64,000 bases of DNA from the human T2T-CHM13v2.0 reference genome, Homo sapiens. Shown piece after piece: positions 30,948 to 45,101 of this stretch. The stretch's first letter is position 1. Each line of letters starts with the position of its first letter. The DNA is taken from NCBI RefSeq assembly GCF_009914755.1, contig NC_060938.1. One strand, written 5' to 3'. Position numbers and translations under genes: made by a program. The notes under the pieces were generated by a model, which was not told the origin of the DNA, ran no database searches, and saw only the letters and a list, made by a program, of their open reading frames with translations.

Positions 30948-33269
30948 CACAAAACAAAAATTTGAGTTAAATTTATGTTCCCAGATTATGGAATGACATA
31001 TAAGACAAGTTCATGTACAAATACCTTATCAACCATGAATTAAATGAGCAGAAATTTGGGTTGATTTTTAAAAGAGCAGTAAGCTTAGTGCAGTTCAGTG
31101 CTATTACACTAGCAGTATGCATTAAATAGTAAACTCTTACAAAGGCTTGTTAAAAAGCCTGCTTAAAAATATATCATAAGCCTTATTTTACATGGAACTA
31201 ATTGCTCAGTCTTTAGTATGATATAGAATCTAATTGCACTTTTATCCATTTAGTCTCAGTCATGGTGCAAAAATAAATCTAACCTCTTAAAAGAATAAGA
31301 AATTGTTCAGAACAAAAGGAAGAATGCTTCAGGATATATACACACACATAATAACCATATATATGTGTGTGTATATATATCCTGATGCACATATATATAG
31401 TACACATGATACAGTATACACATATGTATTGCCTATGAGTTACATATGTAAAGATAACCTTCACATGTAGCTAGAAAAATATTCTCTCGGTTGCCAAGAA
31501 ATGTTCATTAAATTATGTTCCCAGTTGAAATGAGGTCACTGTGAACTCAGTCAATTGCCTATCCTAGATTCTTCATATCAGACGAGTTCATAAAACCAAA
31601 AAGAATAAGATAGGGGATTCTAAGTTTGGCTACTGAGTGGTTTAAAAGGAAAAAATGATTAACCAGGATTCTTGTTACACGTGATAAACATTGTTTTTGG
31701 TAGAATGGTTGAATTTCACCTGTAAAATGTACTTATTAAGAAGTTTTTAATTAATGAACACCAAATAAAAAATCTAGATGTCTCTTTGTTCGAGAAAAAT
31801 ATGTTCCCTAAGGATGGTGATTCAGAGGCTTTGAACGTACTTTGGAAATGCATGATTTCCTAATCAGTTCTTAAGTAAGAGAATTAAGAATGACTACTTC
31901 TCCATTTCCATGGAATAAAGAATGATTTCTGGCAGGTGAATGTGGAAGACCTGGGTTTAAATTCTCATCTGTTCTCTAAATCTGACCTTTGTCAAGTCAT
32001 TCACTTTCTTCATCTGTAAAACGGGGGAAAGAAGTCTTGCCTTAAACAGGGTAGCAGTGAGGAAATAATAAATGTGAAGAAAATTTTAAAATGTGGTTTT
32101 GTTTGAAAAGAAATCCATTGATTTTTAAACTTTTTTTCACTTTTATTTGGGCATTTCTTATAGAAAATTCTGTAGGCTTGTTTCCTTGTTTTCAAGTCCT
32201 CGCTCTTCTATTCTAATACAGATATGGTCCATGCTGCCTTTATTGTTGTGAAAAATACATGTAATGTACAAAAAAACACATTTAAAAGAATGCTTATATC
32301 CAGAAACAAGTATAAATAAGTATTTTACTTAGTAATAGAATTGGGCAGGAATTGTGTTTAGTTTAATCAAAACTGAACCTGTCCTGAGCCAGGCCACTTT
32401 AGGCTTCTCAGCTGCATCTAATAGGTGGATATTCTAGATTTCATTGAGCTGATTTCCATTTTCAACATGATTGCCAATGGCAGTGAAAGTGGGAATAAAC
32501 TCATCAGATTAAGTGCCAAGGCTCACAAATAAAGCAAACTTTACATTGTCAAAATATCCAACTTAACTAGAGAAAGAGCATTATAAAAAACACCTTCTCA
32601 GAAAACACGTTTAAAGGAAAGCAGTAAAATCCCCAGCATCTGGGGTGATGGAAACCTTATTGATCACGTGGTGCCCATCACCACTCCAGACATAGGTGAC
32701 ATGTATGTCAATATATTATTTTCAAGAGCATACTTTTCCAAAGATATATAAAGGTTAAACCTTTCTACACTCCGTAGCATCTTTTGGAAGTTCCTACTTT
32801 CAGACTCCATCCACCGACCCCCATCACCATAAAAAAACAAATCCCAAAATGTGCAGCAGGAGCCTCATCAGGAAAGACAGACAGGAATGTGTTACAATCA
32901 CATCTTGCTTCTCAAATAGGAGATACTTGTCTTTGGGGATGTCCTATGGTGCTAGCATCATCTAAAAGGTACCTTTTTTGCCACTTGCATGAGAGAAAAA
33001 AACAGATTTTATAATTCTGGTACATTTAATCTATGATCTGGGAAAGCTAGATGTTGGAGACAATAAGTTTAAGATTAAATCATATTTCTGAGAGCTAAGA
33101 TGTTGATCTACCCTTGATTTACCTGTTTTGTCGTTGTGCCATTCCTTTAATGGATATACATATACCTCAGCCACCCACATTTTCTTTCTTTCCCTGTTTA
33201 TGCAGCTTTTTCTGGATACAAGCTATTTAGAAGAGCTTTTCCTGTCCCTCTTACTGTTCATTCAGGGCT

Positions 33270-34450
33270 CTGGCCCAGGCTCTTCTCTCATTCTATGTAA
33301 TCTTATGCATGATCTAATCTAGACTCTCTACAGTTACAAGTTACAAGCTTATGATTCTCAAAGTTACAGCCTTAGAGATCTTTTATGAACTATAATACAC
33401 AGACTCAAATATTCCACAACCTGTTGAGTACCTTAGTTTGAATTTCCCCAGACCCTCAAGCTGATCACATAAATAAGAGAATCCATTTATATCTACCTTG
33501 GCCAAATTCTTCCCTTCCAGTGTTCACTACCTCAATGAATGGCATTATCCTTCTCCAGGTGCCCAAGTCAGAAACCTGAGCATTTGGCATTTTTCCTGAC
33601 ACCTGTTTTTCTCTCTTCCTACATATAATCTCTAGTCTTTGCCAATTCTACCTCCCATATATCTTTTATTTTTTGTTTTATTTTATTCTCCTGCCTCAGC
33701 CTCCCGAGTAGCTGGGATTACAGGTGCCCGGCTAATTTTTGTGTTTTTAGTAGAGACGGGGTTTTGCCATGTTGGCCAGGCTGGTCTCCAACTCCTGACA
33801 TCAGGTGATCTGCCCGCCTCGGCCTCCCATAGCGCTGGGACTACAGACGTGAGTCACTGAGCCCGCTTTTAAACGAGTCCACAGCTCTCTATCCTTGTTA
33901 TTACTGCCTTATCTCAGGTCTCCCCTAAGTTTTGCCTAGATCATCTCAAAACCTCTCAATTACACTCTGCCTATAATTTTATAGCCCCAAATAGCTGAGT
34001 GAACTTCCACAAAGCTATCATAGCAGTCTTCTTAACACTGTATATCCAGTTATGTCAGTTTACCGTTTAAAATGCTTTGATGGTTGTTTAATAAAGGCTG
34101 AAATTCAAATTCACTATAGCATACAAGATCTGGTCTCTGTCCATCAAAAAACTCCACGTCTATTCCCTACCACCTACCTTGTGCTACATAGCTACCTGCG
34201 TAACAAAGTATTTTATTTGCAAATCTAGGAAATTGCCCTGCTCTTAATCTCTCCTCTTTCTTGGATAAACTTTTCCTGCTGCTTATAGTGTTGTTGACCT
34301 CTTTGCTTGTTCAGCCCCAAACTGTCATAATTCTGTACAAAAGTCACTTCCTCTGTAAAGTTGTTTTTGATCTTCTGTTTACCCCCACTACTTGGACTTG
34401 ATTAAGGGTCCCTTCCTCTGAGCTCCTGTATTATGAAGCTCTATATTCAG
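33270..34450 (-). mobile_element. L2 LINE remnant
   Basis: ctcaatgaatggcatt..ccaggtgcccaagtcagaaacctg, ctttgatggtt, gtcacttcctctgtaaag. Confidence 0.6.
33668..33866 (-). mobile_element. Partial AluS
   Basis: Antisense left arm plus part of the right arm. Confidence 0.85.
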
Positions 34451-36574
34451 TTATTACCCATTTCAGTATTTAGTAAGAACTGAATGTATGTGCCAGACAT
34501 TGGACTAAGAGCTGGAGATATACTAAGATGAAGACACAAACTCTTCCCTCTATGATGCACTTGGTCTAGTCTAGCTCCTTTTTGGTACTATGTAATGCTG
34601 GTTTACTTGCCTTTTTCATTGTACTATGAGTTTCTTGAGACCAAGACATTTTGGCCTATAAATAGCTTCAGTTTTACCCGTATGTGGAATGTAACTTAAG
34701 GGGCCATAAAAATCCTTGTAACACTTTTTAAAAACTAGCATGCCTATCTGCAAATGGGCAGTGATGTTATTTACGTATTTGTGGTTTAAAAAAAAAAACA
34801 AAAAACAAAAAACATCTTTTTTGACATGTTGTTTTGGTCTTTGTTCACATCCGTTAGCATTTTGGCAGAAGCCCAAGCTGTATCAGGGCATTATTTATGT
34901 AATCCTTCCTCTCAATACATGCCTTGGCTGAGTGGCATGAAAGCACCAGCTTTTCCATTAAATCAGGTCCTTATCTCTGACAGAATACTCACCTTGGTTT
35001 TCTTATTCTGCATTCTAGTTGCTTTAATAGACATCCTAGAGATTTTCTTATTAGCTCCCACTGCTGCAACCATGACAGCTGTAAACCATCAGTTGTTGGG
35101 CTTGCTGGAGGCCTGCAAAGTACTGTGCCATGATAGCATGCTTCATCCAATTCATGGAACAACCAAAGTTCTGAATTTATGATGGAACTTTAATACGGAT
35201 GGTTGGGGTAGAAAGTATCTCAGAGCTACTAAAACTCACTTTTCCTCCCAATCAATGCCACAGTGCATTTCAGAAAGCACTTTTTTTAACAACCAAAAAG
35301 AAAAATATACATCTTCATATTTCTTGCCTGATGAGGTAAATTGTAGATACTTTTTGGAAATGTTTTGCATAAAACAACTCTTCAAAATTTTTATCTGTCA
35401 TTGGGTACATGAATTGTCTGTACATGGAAAATGAGATAGGAGTTGGGAAATGTCTGAACACACTCAATAAAGGGTTCCCAGCTGTTTTTATGATAGTTTC
35501 TTTTCACCAAGGATGAATGTCACATACTTACACAAGTGTCCCTGAGATTCTGGGATCCTGTCTAAAGGTACAATGTTCCCAAAGGCTCTTTGAAGAATGA
35601 ACAAAAGCTTAAATACTTCACTGCTGTGTTAGTGTTTTAGAAATTAAAGGAGACAGACAAAAGAAGCAGCAAAATACATTTTTCATACATTATCTCAGTA
35701 CATATTGGCTACTCAATGAAAATATGAAATAGGGATAATATGATGTTTCCATTGATCCTTGTATCCTTATCAAGTTAATCCCCTCTCCTATGATTCTATT
35801 GTAACAGAAATCCAAAAGGAAAAGCAAATATTCCCACACAGTATGACAGTGTAATACTATCTTGGTTTTTAAATTTCTCAAAAATACATATTTACTATTC
35901 ATGCATCAGTAAATTCTTTTTAAGTGACTAGCTGGTGATGACATTTTGAGAAGCGTTGAGAACTTGAAAGTGTCCAAAATGAGCATCTCCCATTCCCTTA
36001 ATGAACTTAAAATGTAGGAAAGACATCAGCATTAAACATTTTCTCACATAAACACATGACTATAGTAAGCAATAAAGGGTATGGAGGGAAAAGTTAAAAG
36101 CACAGTGCAAGAACATAACATGTTAAGCAGCTTTATCCCCATGTATACACCCAGCATGGATGTGCAGAGGAGTCGTCCTAGAAATGGCACGGACTAACAA
36201 TTTCACAGCTCCAACACGGGCAGAGCTGCCCACTGTTTTGCTTGCATCAAGGTTCGTTGTTGTGTTAGTCAGGAACCATAGCTGGGGCACCATGCTGCCT
36301 GATAGCCAGGGATGGTCCCTTCCTGGCTCACAGGATTGTCTATGATTGGCCACTGCCTGGAAAGGTCTATTTGGGGTTTGCCAGAGGAAAACTTAATGTT
36401 TGTTGCAAGGCAGAAAGCTTGAAACATACTCTTCTAGTTTTCTAAGACTCCTTCCAGACTGTTCACAACAACAAAGATAGCATTCTTTATACATCTCTCT
36501 CTAGTTCCAAACTCAACCACACACACCATTCAGCTTGAGCCTCACAGCTCCCAAGAGAGGCACAGCTTAGTGTT

Positions 36575-36715
36575 CTTAGTTACAAGATAAGGGAACCAAG
36601 GCTCAGAAAGGTTAAGTGCCTTGCTCGAGGTCACACAGTTAATGCATTTTGGCACTGGGATTCAAACCCAGCTCTCCTGAATCAAAAGCAAGAGTTCTTG
36701 TGGCCATGCCCTGGT
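36575..36715 (-). mobile_element. MIR
   Basis: aggctcagaaaggttaagtgccttgctcgaggtcacacag...gggattcaaacccag core. Confidence 0.75.
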
Positions 36716-37601
36716 GCTTACCTCCTAAGATGTTCATCACCCCAATTCCAGGGATGATTGTTTACATTCTGGTTTCTGTTGCCATCTGGTTTTTGAGCAC
36801 TTCAGGAACAATTCTAGTCTTTCCGGAACTTAAGAGTGGTAGGCAGAAGACGAGTCACAAGTAACAGATATGCTAAAAGTATCTCTTAGTAGGAGAAGGA
36901 AATTCAAATGGCCAGTGTCACATTGTCAGAGATCAAAGTCCGGGCAACTGACAAACTGAGTTTTCAACAAAAATCCATGGGAAGCAGTATGTTAAGAGAA
37001 AGAGATAATGAACAGTTTTGTTAAGACATGGGAGTCTCCAAGTGGCAGATCTCATTTTAGAAACTGTTTAAATACTTCAAGAAAAAAAAAAGTAGATTTT
37101 ATCAATGTGGAAAAAAAGTCCCAGGGAAAGGCATACTCATTTGAGGAAAGCATGCATGTATTCATTCATTCACACATTTATTTATTTACGGTAGTTCATA
37201 CAAAGACCAGAGTTGAGGTATTAAAGCAACAATTACAGCTAGCTGCTGCTCCTGCCTGGTGAGCAGGTAAGAAAGGCTGTGAGTTAGACCTGAAAAAAAG
37301 CTGTTTAGAGGCAAGTGTGATTTACCTTAAAATATTCCATTCTGCACTTGAAGTCAGCCTTTAAAAAAATTTCTCTGGCTTACATCATGTTCTCAGGGTA
37401 CTTGGTTCTCTCAACTGGTGTATGGTTTTTCTAAGGAACAGAGGTAGTGGTCAAGTCAAACCAGTATATAATTATGGGTTCAGTCTGGATTGCTGCAGAG
37501 TCTAGGAAGTAAGGTGACCTTGGAAGATTAGAAATTAGTATTTAGTGTATTCTCTCTTTTTCTGGCCTCTCAGAGCCTGGAATGCAAGAATAGTAGGATT
37601 A

Positions 37602-37944
<343 letters not shown>

Positions 37945-38453
37945 TCACAGAATCTGAACTCAGGCTGCCTGGTGCTGAATCTTGGCTCTACCACTTATCA
38001 TCTGAATGTCTGAGAGGAAGGTGTTTTACTTCTGTTATCTCACCTATAAAATGAAAATAGAAGACATTTCTTTTTCCTGTTCTTTCTCGTCACTTTTCCC
38101 CGTCCTTTCTTCTCTCCTACCCATCTTCCTTCTCTGCCTCTCTGACTCCTTCCCTTCTACTTTCTACCCGGCATCATACTCCCTTTTTTTTTTTCTTTCC
38201 TTTTAGCATCCTCCACTTGTAAATCTTCCCACCATGGTAGCCAAAGAGGCCAGATATCCTGTCAACTGCAATATGACCTTGTATGGGCCAACAACTCTGC
38301 CTGCAGAGACTTTGCCTCTGGAGGGCACAGCACACACCTGTAAAGGGACATGAAGAATGGATGGTAAGAGCACAGCCACGGCAGTGTGGTGCGGTCAGGA
38401 GGCAGCATCCATCCTAGCTGCACTGCCGCACTCCCGGGTCCCCTGATCCCTAG

Positions 38454-38845
<392 letters not shown>

Positions 38846-39223
38846 TCATCCAAGCAATTTCTTTTCTAAGTTAACCAAAGTTATATTGTTTTCTTCTAAG
38901 AATGCTGACAGATGAAATGGGAAGAATACTTCATTTGCAAGGACTAAAAAAAAGTGCAAGTTAAGCACTTAGTATACCAGGGGGCATACAATAAGCATTG
39001 AACAAATATTAGCTATAATAATTATAAAAACTAGTACTATTTTAGTATTACAGGCTATCTTACTGTATTTAAAAGAAATATACTTTTTTTCTGGGTATAA
39101 TTTAAAATACATATCTGATTAAAAGAGAATGAATGATGAAGTATAAGAATTCTTTAAAACACAGAAAATTATGAGGAAAAAAATGGAGATAGTTCTTACT
39201 CTCGTTAACTAAAGAGTAATGGG

Positions 39224-40035
39224 TGTGACTGCTACGGAGGTAAGCCACTTGAATCTCCCTTCCAGAAAGAACTCACAGTACAGCTGCAAGAAGCATAATG
39301 GGCTGACAGCCTCCAGATATGAAACACCTCGGGGATTGTATTAGTCCATTTTCACGCTGCTAATAAAGACATACTCGAGACTGGGTAATTTATTAAAAAA
39401 AAAAAAAAAAAGAGGTTTCATGGACTCCCAGTTCCACATGGCTGGGGAGAACTCACAATCGTGGTAGAAGATGAAAGGCACATCTTACATGGCAGCAGAC
39501 AAGAAAGAATTGAGAGCCAAGCAAAAGGGGAAACCTCTAAAAAAGTAGAGACTTATTCACTACCACGAGAAAAGAATGGGGGAAACCGTTGCCATGATTC
39601 AATTACCTCAGAATTATAGGAGCTACAATTCAAGATGAGATTGGGATGGGGACATAGTCAAACCATATCAGGGATCCTCTCCAGCTTTTGAGTTGAGGCC
39701 ATGCTCTTTCCAGGCAAAGCCAGCCAGTAACTATACTTGAGCATGGTGGAGGTACCAGGGCCTGGCCAATCTTGCTTAATAGGGAACTTCTCTAATGATC
39801 AGTCTTGCTCCAGAGATCTCTACTGGGTTGGCAGAGACTGTGTCACATCTATTTTGTGAACCCTTCCTGTCCAGTCCTGCTCTCCCTCCTCTTTCCTTTC
39901 ACACACACTTGTCTGAAGGCTTTTTCTGCCCAATCCTGCTTCCTCTTCCTTTTTTCTCTCACAGGTCTTACTCCCACAAAGTGCTTAAAATCCTAATTCC
40001 ATCATAATGCCTGCTTCTAGAAGACCCAACTAACA
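39224..40035 (+). mobile_element. LTR16A-family solo LTR interrupted by THE1B
   Basis: atctcccttccagaaagaact..cagctgcaag..ctgacagcctccag; gaggccatgctc; ends gacccaactaaca. Confidence 0.75.
39337..39670 (-). mobile_element. THE1B-like MaLR solo LTR
   Basis: tgtattagtccattttcacgctgct...aaaccatatca; 5-bp TSD gggat (39332-39336, 39671-39675). Confidence 0.9.
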
Positions 40036-40269
40036 GAAGTATATTTGTTTCCACTCATTTTTCTAAATGTCTATATTTGTGTGCATGTGTGTGATTTTTT
40101 GTTACATAATTGAGCTCATATGGTAGACCTAATTCCATACAATTTTTATTTGTCTTCACATTAAATATAAAAATGTTTCCATGTCATCAATTTCTAAAGA
40201 CTAATGATTATGATTATTTTACTTGAATACAGTACCTCATTTAATTTTACATCAATTCAGAATTGGCAC

Positions 40270-40380
40270 TACTAACCCCATGTTTAGAGATGAAGAAACT
40301 GAGGTTCAGGGAAGTTAAGTAACTTATGTGCAGAAACAAAGGAAGTAGACTGGGAGTAGAGCCCCCCAGTCTGTGGTCCC
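40270..40380 (-). mobile_element. MIR
   Basis: agatgaagaaactgaggttcagggaagttaagtaactt core. Confidence 0.7.
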
Positions 40381-40555
40381 TTGTTAGGGCAGCACTAGCA
40401 AATGAATACAGACAAGGGGGCTGACAAGGTAGGAAGGACCTGATTAGGGAGGTCCTTATATGCCATGTGTAGGAGTTAATGCTCTTACTCAAAAGGCAAT
40501 AGGGTGCTACCACAAGATTTTAATCAAGAAGAGATAAGACAAAATTCACATTTTA

Positions 40556-40850
40556 TTTTTATTGATTTTTGAGATGGAGTCTCACTCTATCACCCATGCT
40601 GGAGTGCAGTGGTGCCATCTCAGCTCACTGCAACCTCCACTTCCTGTTCAAGTGATTCTCCTGCCTCAGCCTTCTAAGTAGCTGGGATTACATGCACCCA
40701 TCGCCACATCCAGCTAATTTTCGTATTTTTAGTAGAGATGGGGTTTCACCATGTTGGCCAGGCTGGTCTCGAACTCCTGACCTCAGGTGATCCACCCATC
40801 TCGGCCTCCCAAAGTGTTGGGATTACGGGCGTGAACCACCGTGCCCAGCC
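40556..40850 (-). mobile_element. AluSx-like
   Basis: Full antisense Alu; 15-bp TSD aaaattcacatttta (40541-40555, 40851-40865). Confidence 0.93.
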
Positions 40851-42189
40851 AAAATTCACATTTTAGAAATGTTTATCTCCTGTACTCAGTGGTTCCACTT
40901 TTGCCCTTATCTAGCTCTCCCATGCTGAGAGAAGGTGGGACTTGGGGGATGGGGAAAGCCACTATCAGGTGGCTGGTTCCTATGTATCTGACCAAGCTTC
41001 AAGCTGCATTCTCCTGCAATCTCATCATTGGCTTGTCTTTATTTCCAACTTTTTTTGTTCCTCCAAGAATAATTCCTGCAGCTACAACAGACTTTCTTCC
41101 AGGCCACCAGAGTCCTGCCTTTCTCACCAAATCTCATTACTGCTTATGACCCAGCATGACATTTAGAGAACATTGGAAAGACTTATTTAAGAAGTGACAA
41201 AACGGAGGTACTTGTAATTAAGAGCCGTCTACTGAGCCTAGAAAGGGATGCAAACTCCTCTGGGCATAGTGAAGAACACAGGTGATGCCTGTGCAGTGCC
41301 CAAAGGAACAAGTAGGCAGGAAACTGCTCTATGCTGTCAGTGTCCAGCCCAAAGCTTTGGGTGGGTGCCAGGTTAATGGAGGAGAAGCTGGATAAACTGG
41401 GTTCATGTGGTTCGGATGAGAGGTCCAGAGAATGACTATCTATAACTGGCTGATTAGAAGAGATCTCCCCTGAACTTCATATATCACATTGCACAGGCCC
41501 TGTGAGGAGGTCTTGCTGTTTGTGGGGCATTACGAGATTAAAATGTTGGCAAGGAAATTGGAGTTCTAACAGGAAGTAGGTAGACCACAGGATAATTATC
41601 TATGAACACATGAAGCATCCTCCTCTTCCACCTCGACTCCTGGGGACTCCTCAAGACACTCCGGGTAGTGATAGAGAAGGGGCTAAGTACTTTCTTGGAA
41701 CAGGTTGCTGAGAGCCTAGGAACTAGTGAGGACTGGTGAAACGTGTGTTTACCAGGTCAAGGAATTACTTAGGTAATCACTGAGTGTCATTCCCCAATTT
41801 TTATTGCCGCTCTGTCCTGTTCCTTGTTTAGTGTGTCAGTACTCATACAGCATGACATATATCAAACTATTATATCTCTTTTCTAACTTCTGGTAGGAAA
41901 TAAGGATAGATGGTTTGGCTGGTTTTGCCCTCTGTACATAACATGACTTCCGCATGTATCTCCTTTACTTTTCTACCTTATAAAATGATTTTGTAATTAG
42001 TAATAGCTTTATTTTATATGACAGAGTGGGACCAAGGTACTGCTGTTTCCTCGTAAAAATCCCCATGACATTTGATGTTATGCTACTCAAAGAAGGCAAT
42101 AAAAATTCATTGTTGCACTCAAAGACAGTTGGGCAGAATACTCAAAAGCCATCATAAATTGAGTAGAGGGGCCTCTTTCTATGGGGGTA

Positions 42190-42384
42190 GGGACTAAACT
42201 TAAAGGTATATTTACAGACTCGGCCATGGTTAATTCAGGGACTATGGTGGTCTTGTCTGTGGGCAGCATCTTGGCTTACCTTTTCAGCTTCCTGTGGACC
42301 ATAGATGCTGCCCACAGACAAGACCACCATAGTCCCTGAATTAACCATGGCTGAGTCTGTAAATATACCTTTAAGTTTAGTCCC
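42190..42384. repeat. Near-perfect inverted repeat, 82-bp arms, 31-nt spacer
   Basis: 42190-42271 is the reverse complement of 42303-42384 with one mismatch (G42222/T42352). Confidence 0.97.
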
Positions 42385-42409
42385 ACTCCTCAATTAGCCT
42401 TGGTAATGG

Positions 42410-42923
42410 TGTGGCAGATTATATTTTTCAAGAATAGTAATGGCAATATCTCTGGTCTCACATGCATTTCTAGAATCTTGCCACTTTTCCATCACATCCT
42501 AGATGCTACTTCCCTTCTCCTTAAAACAGGGCCAGTCTTTGTCGAACAAGTAGAAAGAAGCAGAAGTAATGATATTACTTCTGAGGTTGGGTCATCAAAG
42601 GCCATACAACTTCTACTTGGCTGTCTGTTTTTTATATGCTCACCCTTGGAAGCTAGCCACTGTGTTGTAAGCTAGCCAAGGCCCCATGGAGAGACTATGC
42701 CTAAGTGTCCCAGCCTACAGCCCCCATTAAGGTCCTAGGTGATTGCATCAACCACAGACGTGTGAGTGAATAATTCTCCAGGTGATTCTAGCCATCAACC
42801 TTCAAGCTCCCACCGTGTAGAACAGAGCTGTCCCTCCAGGGCCCTACCCAAATTGTGGAGTTATGAACAAACTATAAGTTATTATTTGGGGGTGGCTGCT
42901 ACACGGTCATAGTAACTAGAACA
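42410..42923 (+). mobile_element. MLT1H-like MaLR LTR
   Basis: tgtggcagattatatttt...acttctgagg...agacgtgtgagtgaa...gtaactagaaca. Confidence 0.7.
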
Positions 42924-43799
42924 AATGGGCTTGGTGCCAGCATGACACGGTTTTCACTGTGGTAGGGGTAAGGCCTCAATGTTCTGGTACCAAGAACATG
43001 AAGTAGCAGCATTCTGCAGCTATCTTTTAGGCTGAAATTACATAGTGAGAAAGAGCAAAGTCTTTGGAACCCAAAGAACCTGGGTTCAATCCCAGTACTG
43101 CCCCTACCAGTGGTATATTGATCCCCGTTGTGAGAAGAGGACAATTTAATTTGCCTCACTAAGTTGCAGAGAGCCTTTGAAGTACTTAATACATACTGGC
43201 ATATAATCTCTTAGGAACTAAGATAACTGACCCAGTGGAGCCCAATTTTTTAGGAAGAAGCAGCAGCACTTTGGGGAATAGGCTATTAAAAATAATAATG
43301 GGAGGAACACCTTCCACTTCTACCCTTTGATTCTTGAACCTGTGGCATTTTGGCTGTGGAATTTAAAAGCACCATACTGTAGTCACTGGTTCAGAACATA
43401 TATAACACTTTCACTTAATAAAAGAGTGTTAATGTCCACGTACTTCATTATGATTTGGTGGATTAGATGTCATTCGGTTGATGATGGGTATCTCAGGTTG
43501 TACCATCACCTGGTATTCCAAGTCCAGATATTTAGACTCTATTTGGGCTCATTAAAAAGCAGGAGCCAGAGGTCTATACATAGGCCTCTTTGTCATAGAT
43601 TTCAGCAGCATTATGCCAGCTGGGTCAAAAGCCCTAAATGGTAGACTAGTTTGCACCGCAGCTTGGACCTAATGCAGACCTTGTTTTGCTCCAGGTCTCA
43701 CCCAACACTGTCAGTTGCTTAGCAGATGAATGAGGGCAGCACACTCAAATTGGTATAAGCTATTTCCTAAATTCAAAGAGACCACTATGCCTCTTTCTT

Positions 43800-43982
43800 T
43801 TTTAAAAAATTTTTTTATTATACTTTAAGTTTTAGGGTACATGCGCACAACATGCAGTTTTGTTACACATATACACATGTGCCATGTTGGTGTGCTGCAC
43901 CCATTAACTCGTCATTTAACATTAGGTTTATCTCCTAATGCTATCCCTCCCCCCTCCCCCCACCAAAAGACACACGAAAAAG
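43800..43982 (-). mobile_element. Short L1PA4/5-like 3' end with a tiny 5' inversion
   Basis: Antisense 3'UTR (ttattatactttaagttttagggtacatg...), 12-bp TSD tgcctctttctt (43788-43799, 43983-43994). Confidence 0.9.
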
Positions 43983-44692
43983 TGCCTCTTTCTTAATGGT
44001 AGGCAACTTGTCTTTCACTTTGGAAAGGATATCCCAACAAGCCCCAGACATCTGAACCCTTAGTAACTTTTCCAAAGAGACAGAGCCCTTAAGTTTCATG
44101 GTATTCACCACCCACCCTCTAGCACATCTTTGTCTTACTAAGGCTTCTAGGATACTGGCCATGTGCTGTTCTTCCAGTCCAGTCAGTGTAATGAATGATC
44201 TATAGGATGTCAAAAGTGTCAAAGTTCTCCACACCCTTATGACTGAGAGGAGGAGAGTTAATGAGTTGATACCGCCCTTTCCTTGCCAGGTAAAACAAAC
44301 TGCTTCTGGTAGTCCTTAATGTTAATATAGAGGGGGAAAAAAAAGCACTTAATCAGTATGCATATCGGCTGTCAAGGGCTGCATTGATTTGCCTAAGTAA
44401 ATATGCCACGTCTGGAACAGCAGCTGTAAATTAAAATCACTACTTAATTGAATTTACGATACTCCACAGTCATTCTCTACAATCGATTTGCCAAATGGGG
44501 CGGTTAAATGAGGATGTGATAAGAATTATTACCCCTTCGACTCTCGTCTTCTATGAGGGCATTATTTTCTGTTGTATTCCCACAGATAAAGCAGTGGCTC
44601 TGGCTTACATGCTGATAAAGAAGAGAAATTCCTTGGGCTTCTACAGAAATAAAAACCACAAATACCCACACTCTACAGATCAGGGAACCAAG

Positions 44693-45101
44693 TGATATAG
44701 TTTGAGTGTTTTGTCCCTTCCAAACCTCATGTTGAATTGTGATCTCCCATGTTGGAGGTGGGCCTAGTGGGTGGTGTTTGGGTCATGGGGGCAGATCCCC
44801 CATGAATGGTTTGGTGCAGTCCTCACCACAATGAGTGAGTTTTCACGTTATCAGTTCACACAATATCTGGTTATTTAAGAAAGCCTGGCACCTCCTCCCT
44901 CTCTCTCTTGCTCCTTCTCTCGCCTGTGGCTCGCCTTTGCCTTTCACCATGATTATAAGCTCCTGAGGTCCTCACCAGAAACAGATGCTGGCACCATGCT
45001 TCGTGAACAGCCTGCAGAGCTGTGAACCAAATAAACGTGTTTTCTTTATACATTACCCAGTCTCAGATATTCCTTTATAGCAACGCAAACGGACTAACAC
45101 A
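44693..45101 (+). mobile_element. MSTB-like MaLR solo LTR
   Basis: tgatatagtttg..gtcccttccaaacctcatgttgaa...ttcctttatagcaacgcaaacggactaacaca. Confidence 0.85.

Noticed and set aside
32640-32690. 8-bp stem ggtgatgg/ccatcacc around a CACGTG E-box
   Set aside because: Short enough to occur by chance; no independent regulatory evidence
37255-37275. Strong plus-strand donor CAG|GTAAGA
   Set aside because: No convincing upstream acceptor or frame; isolated motif
42190-42384. Hairpin as a known MITE or named miRNA
   Set aside because: No TSD or terminal motif of a known family, and I do not recognise it as a named miRNA; left unassigned
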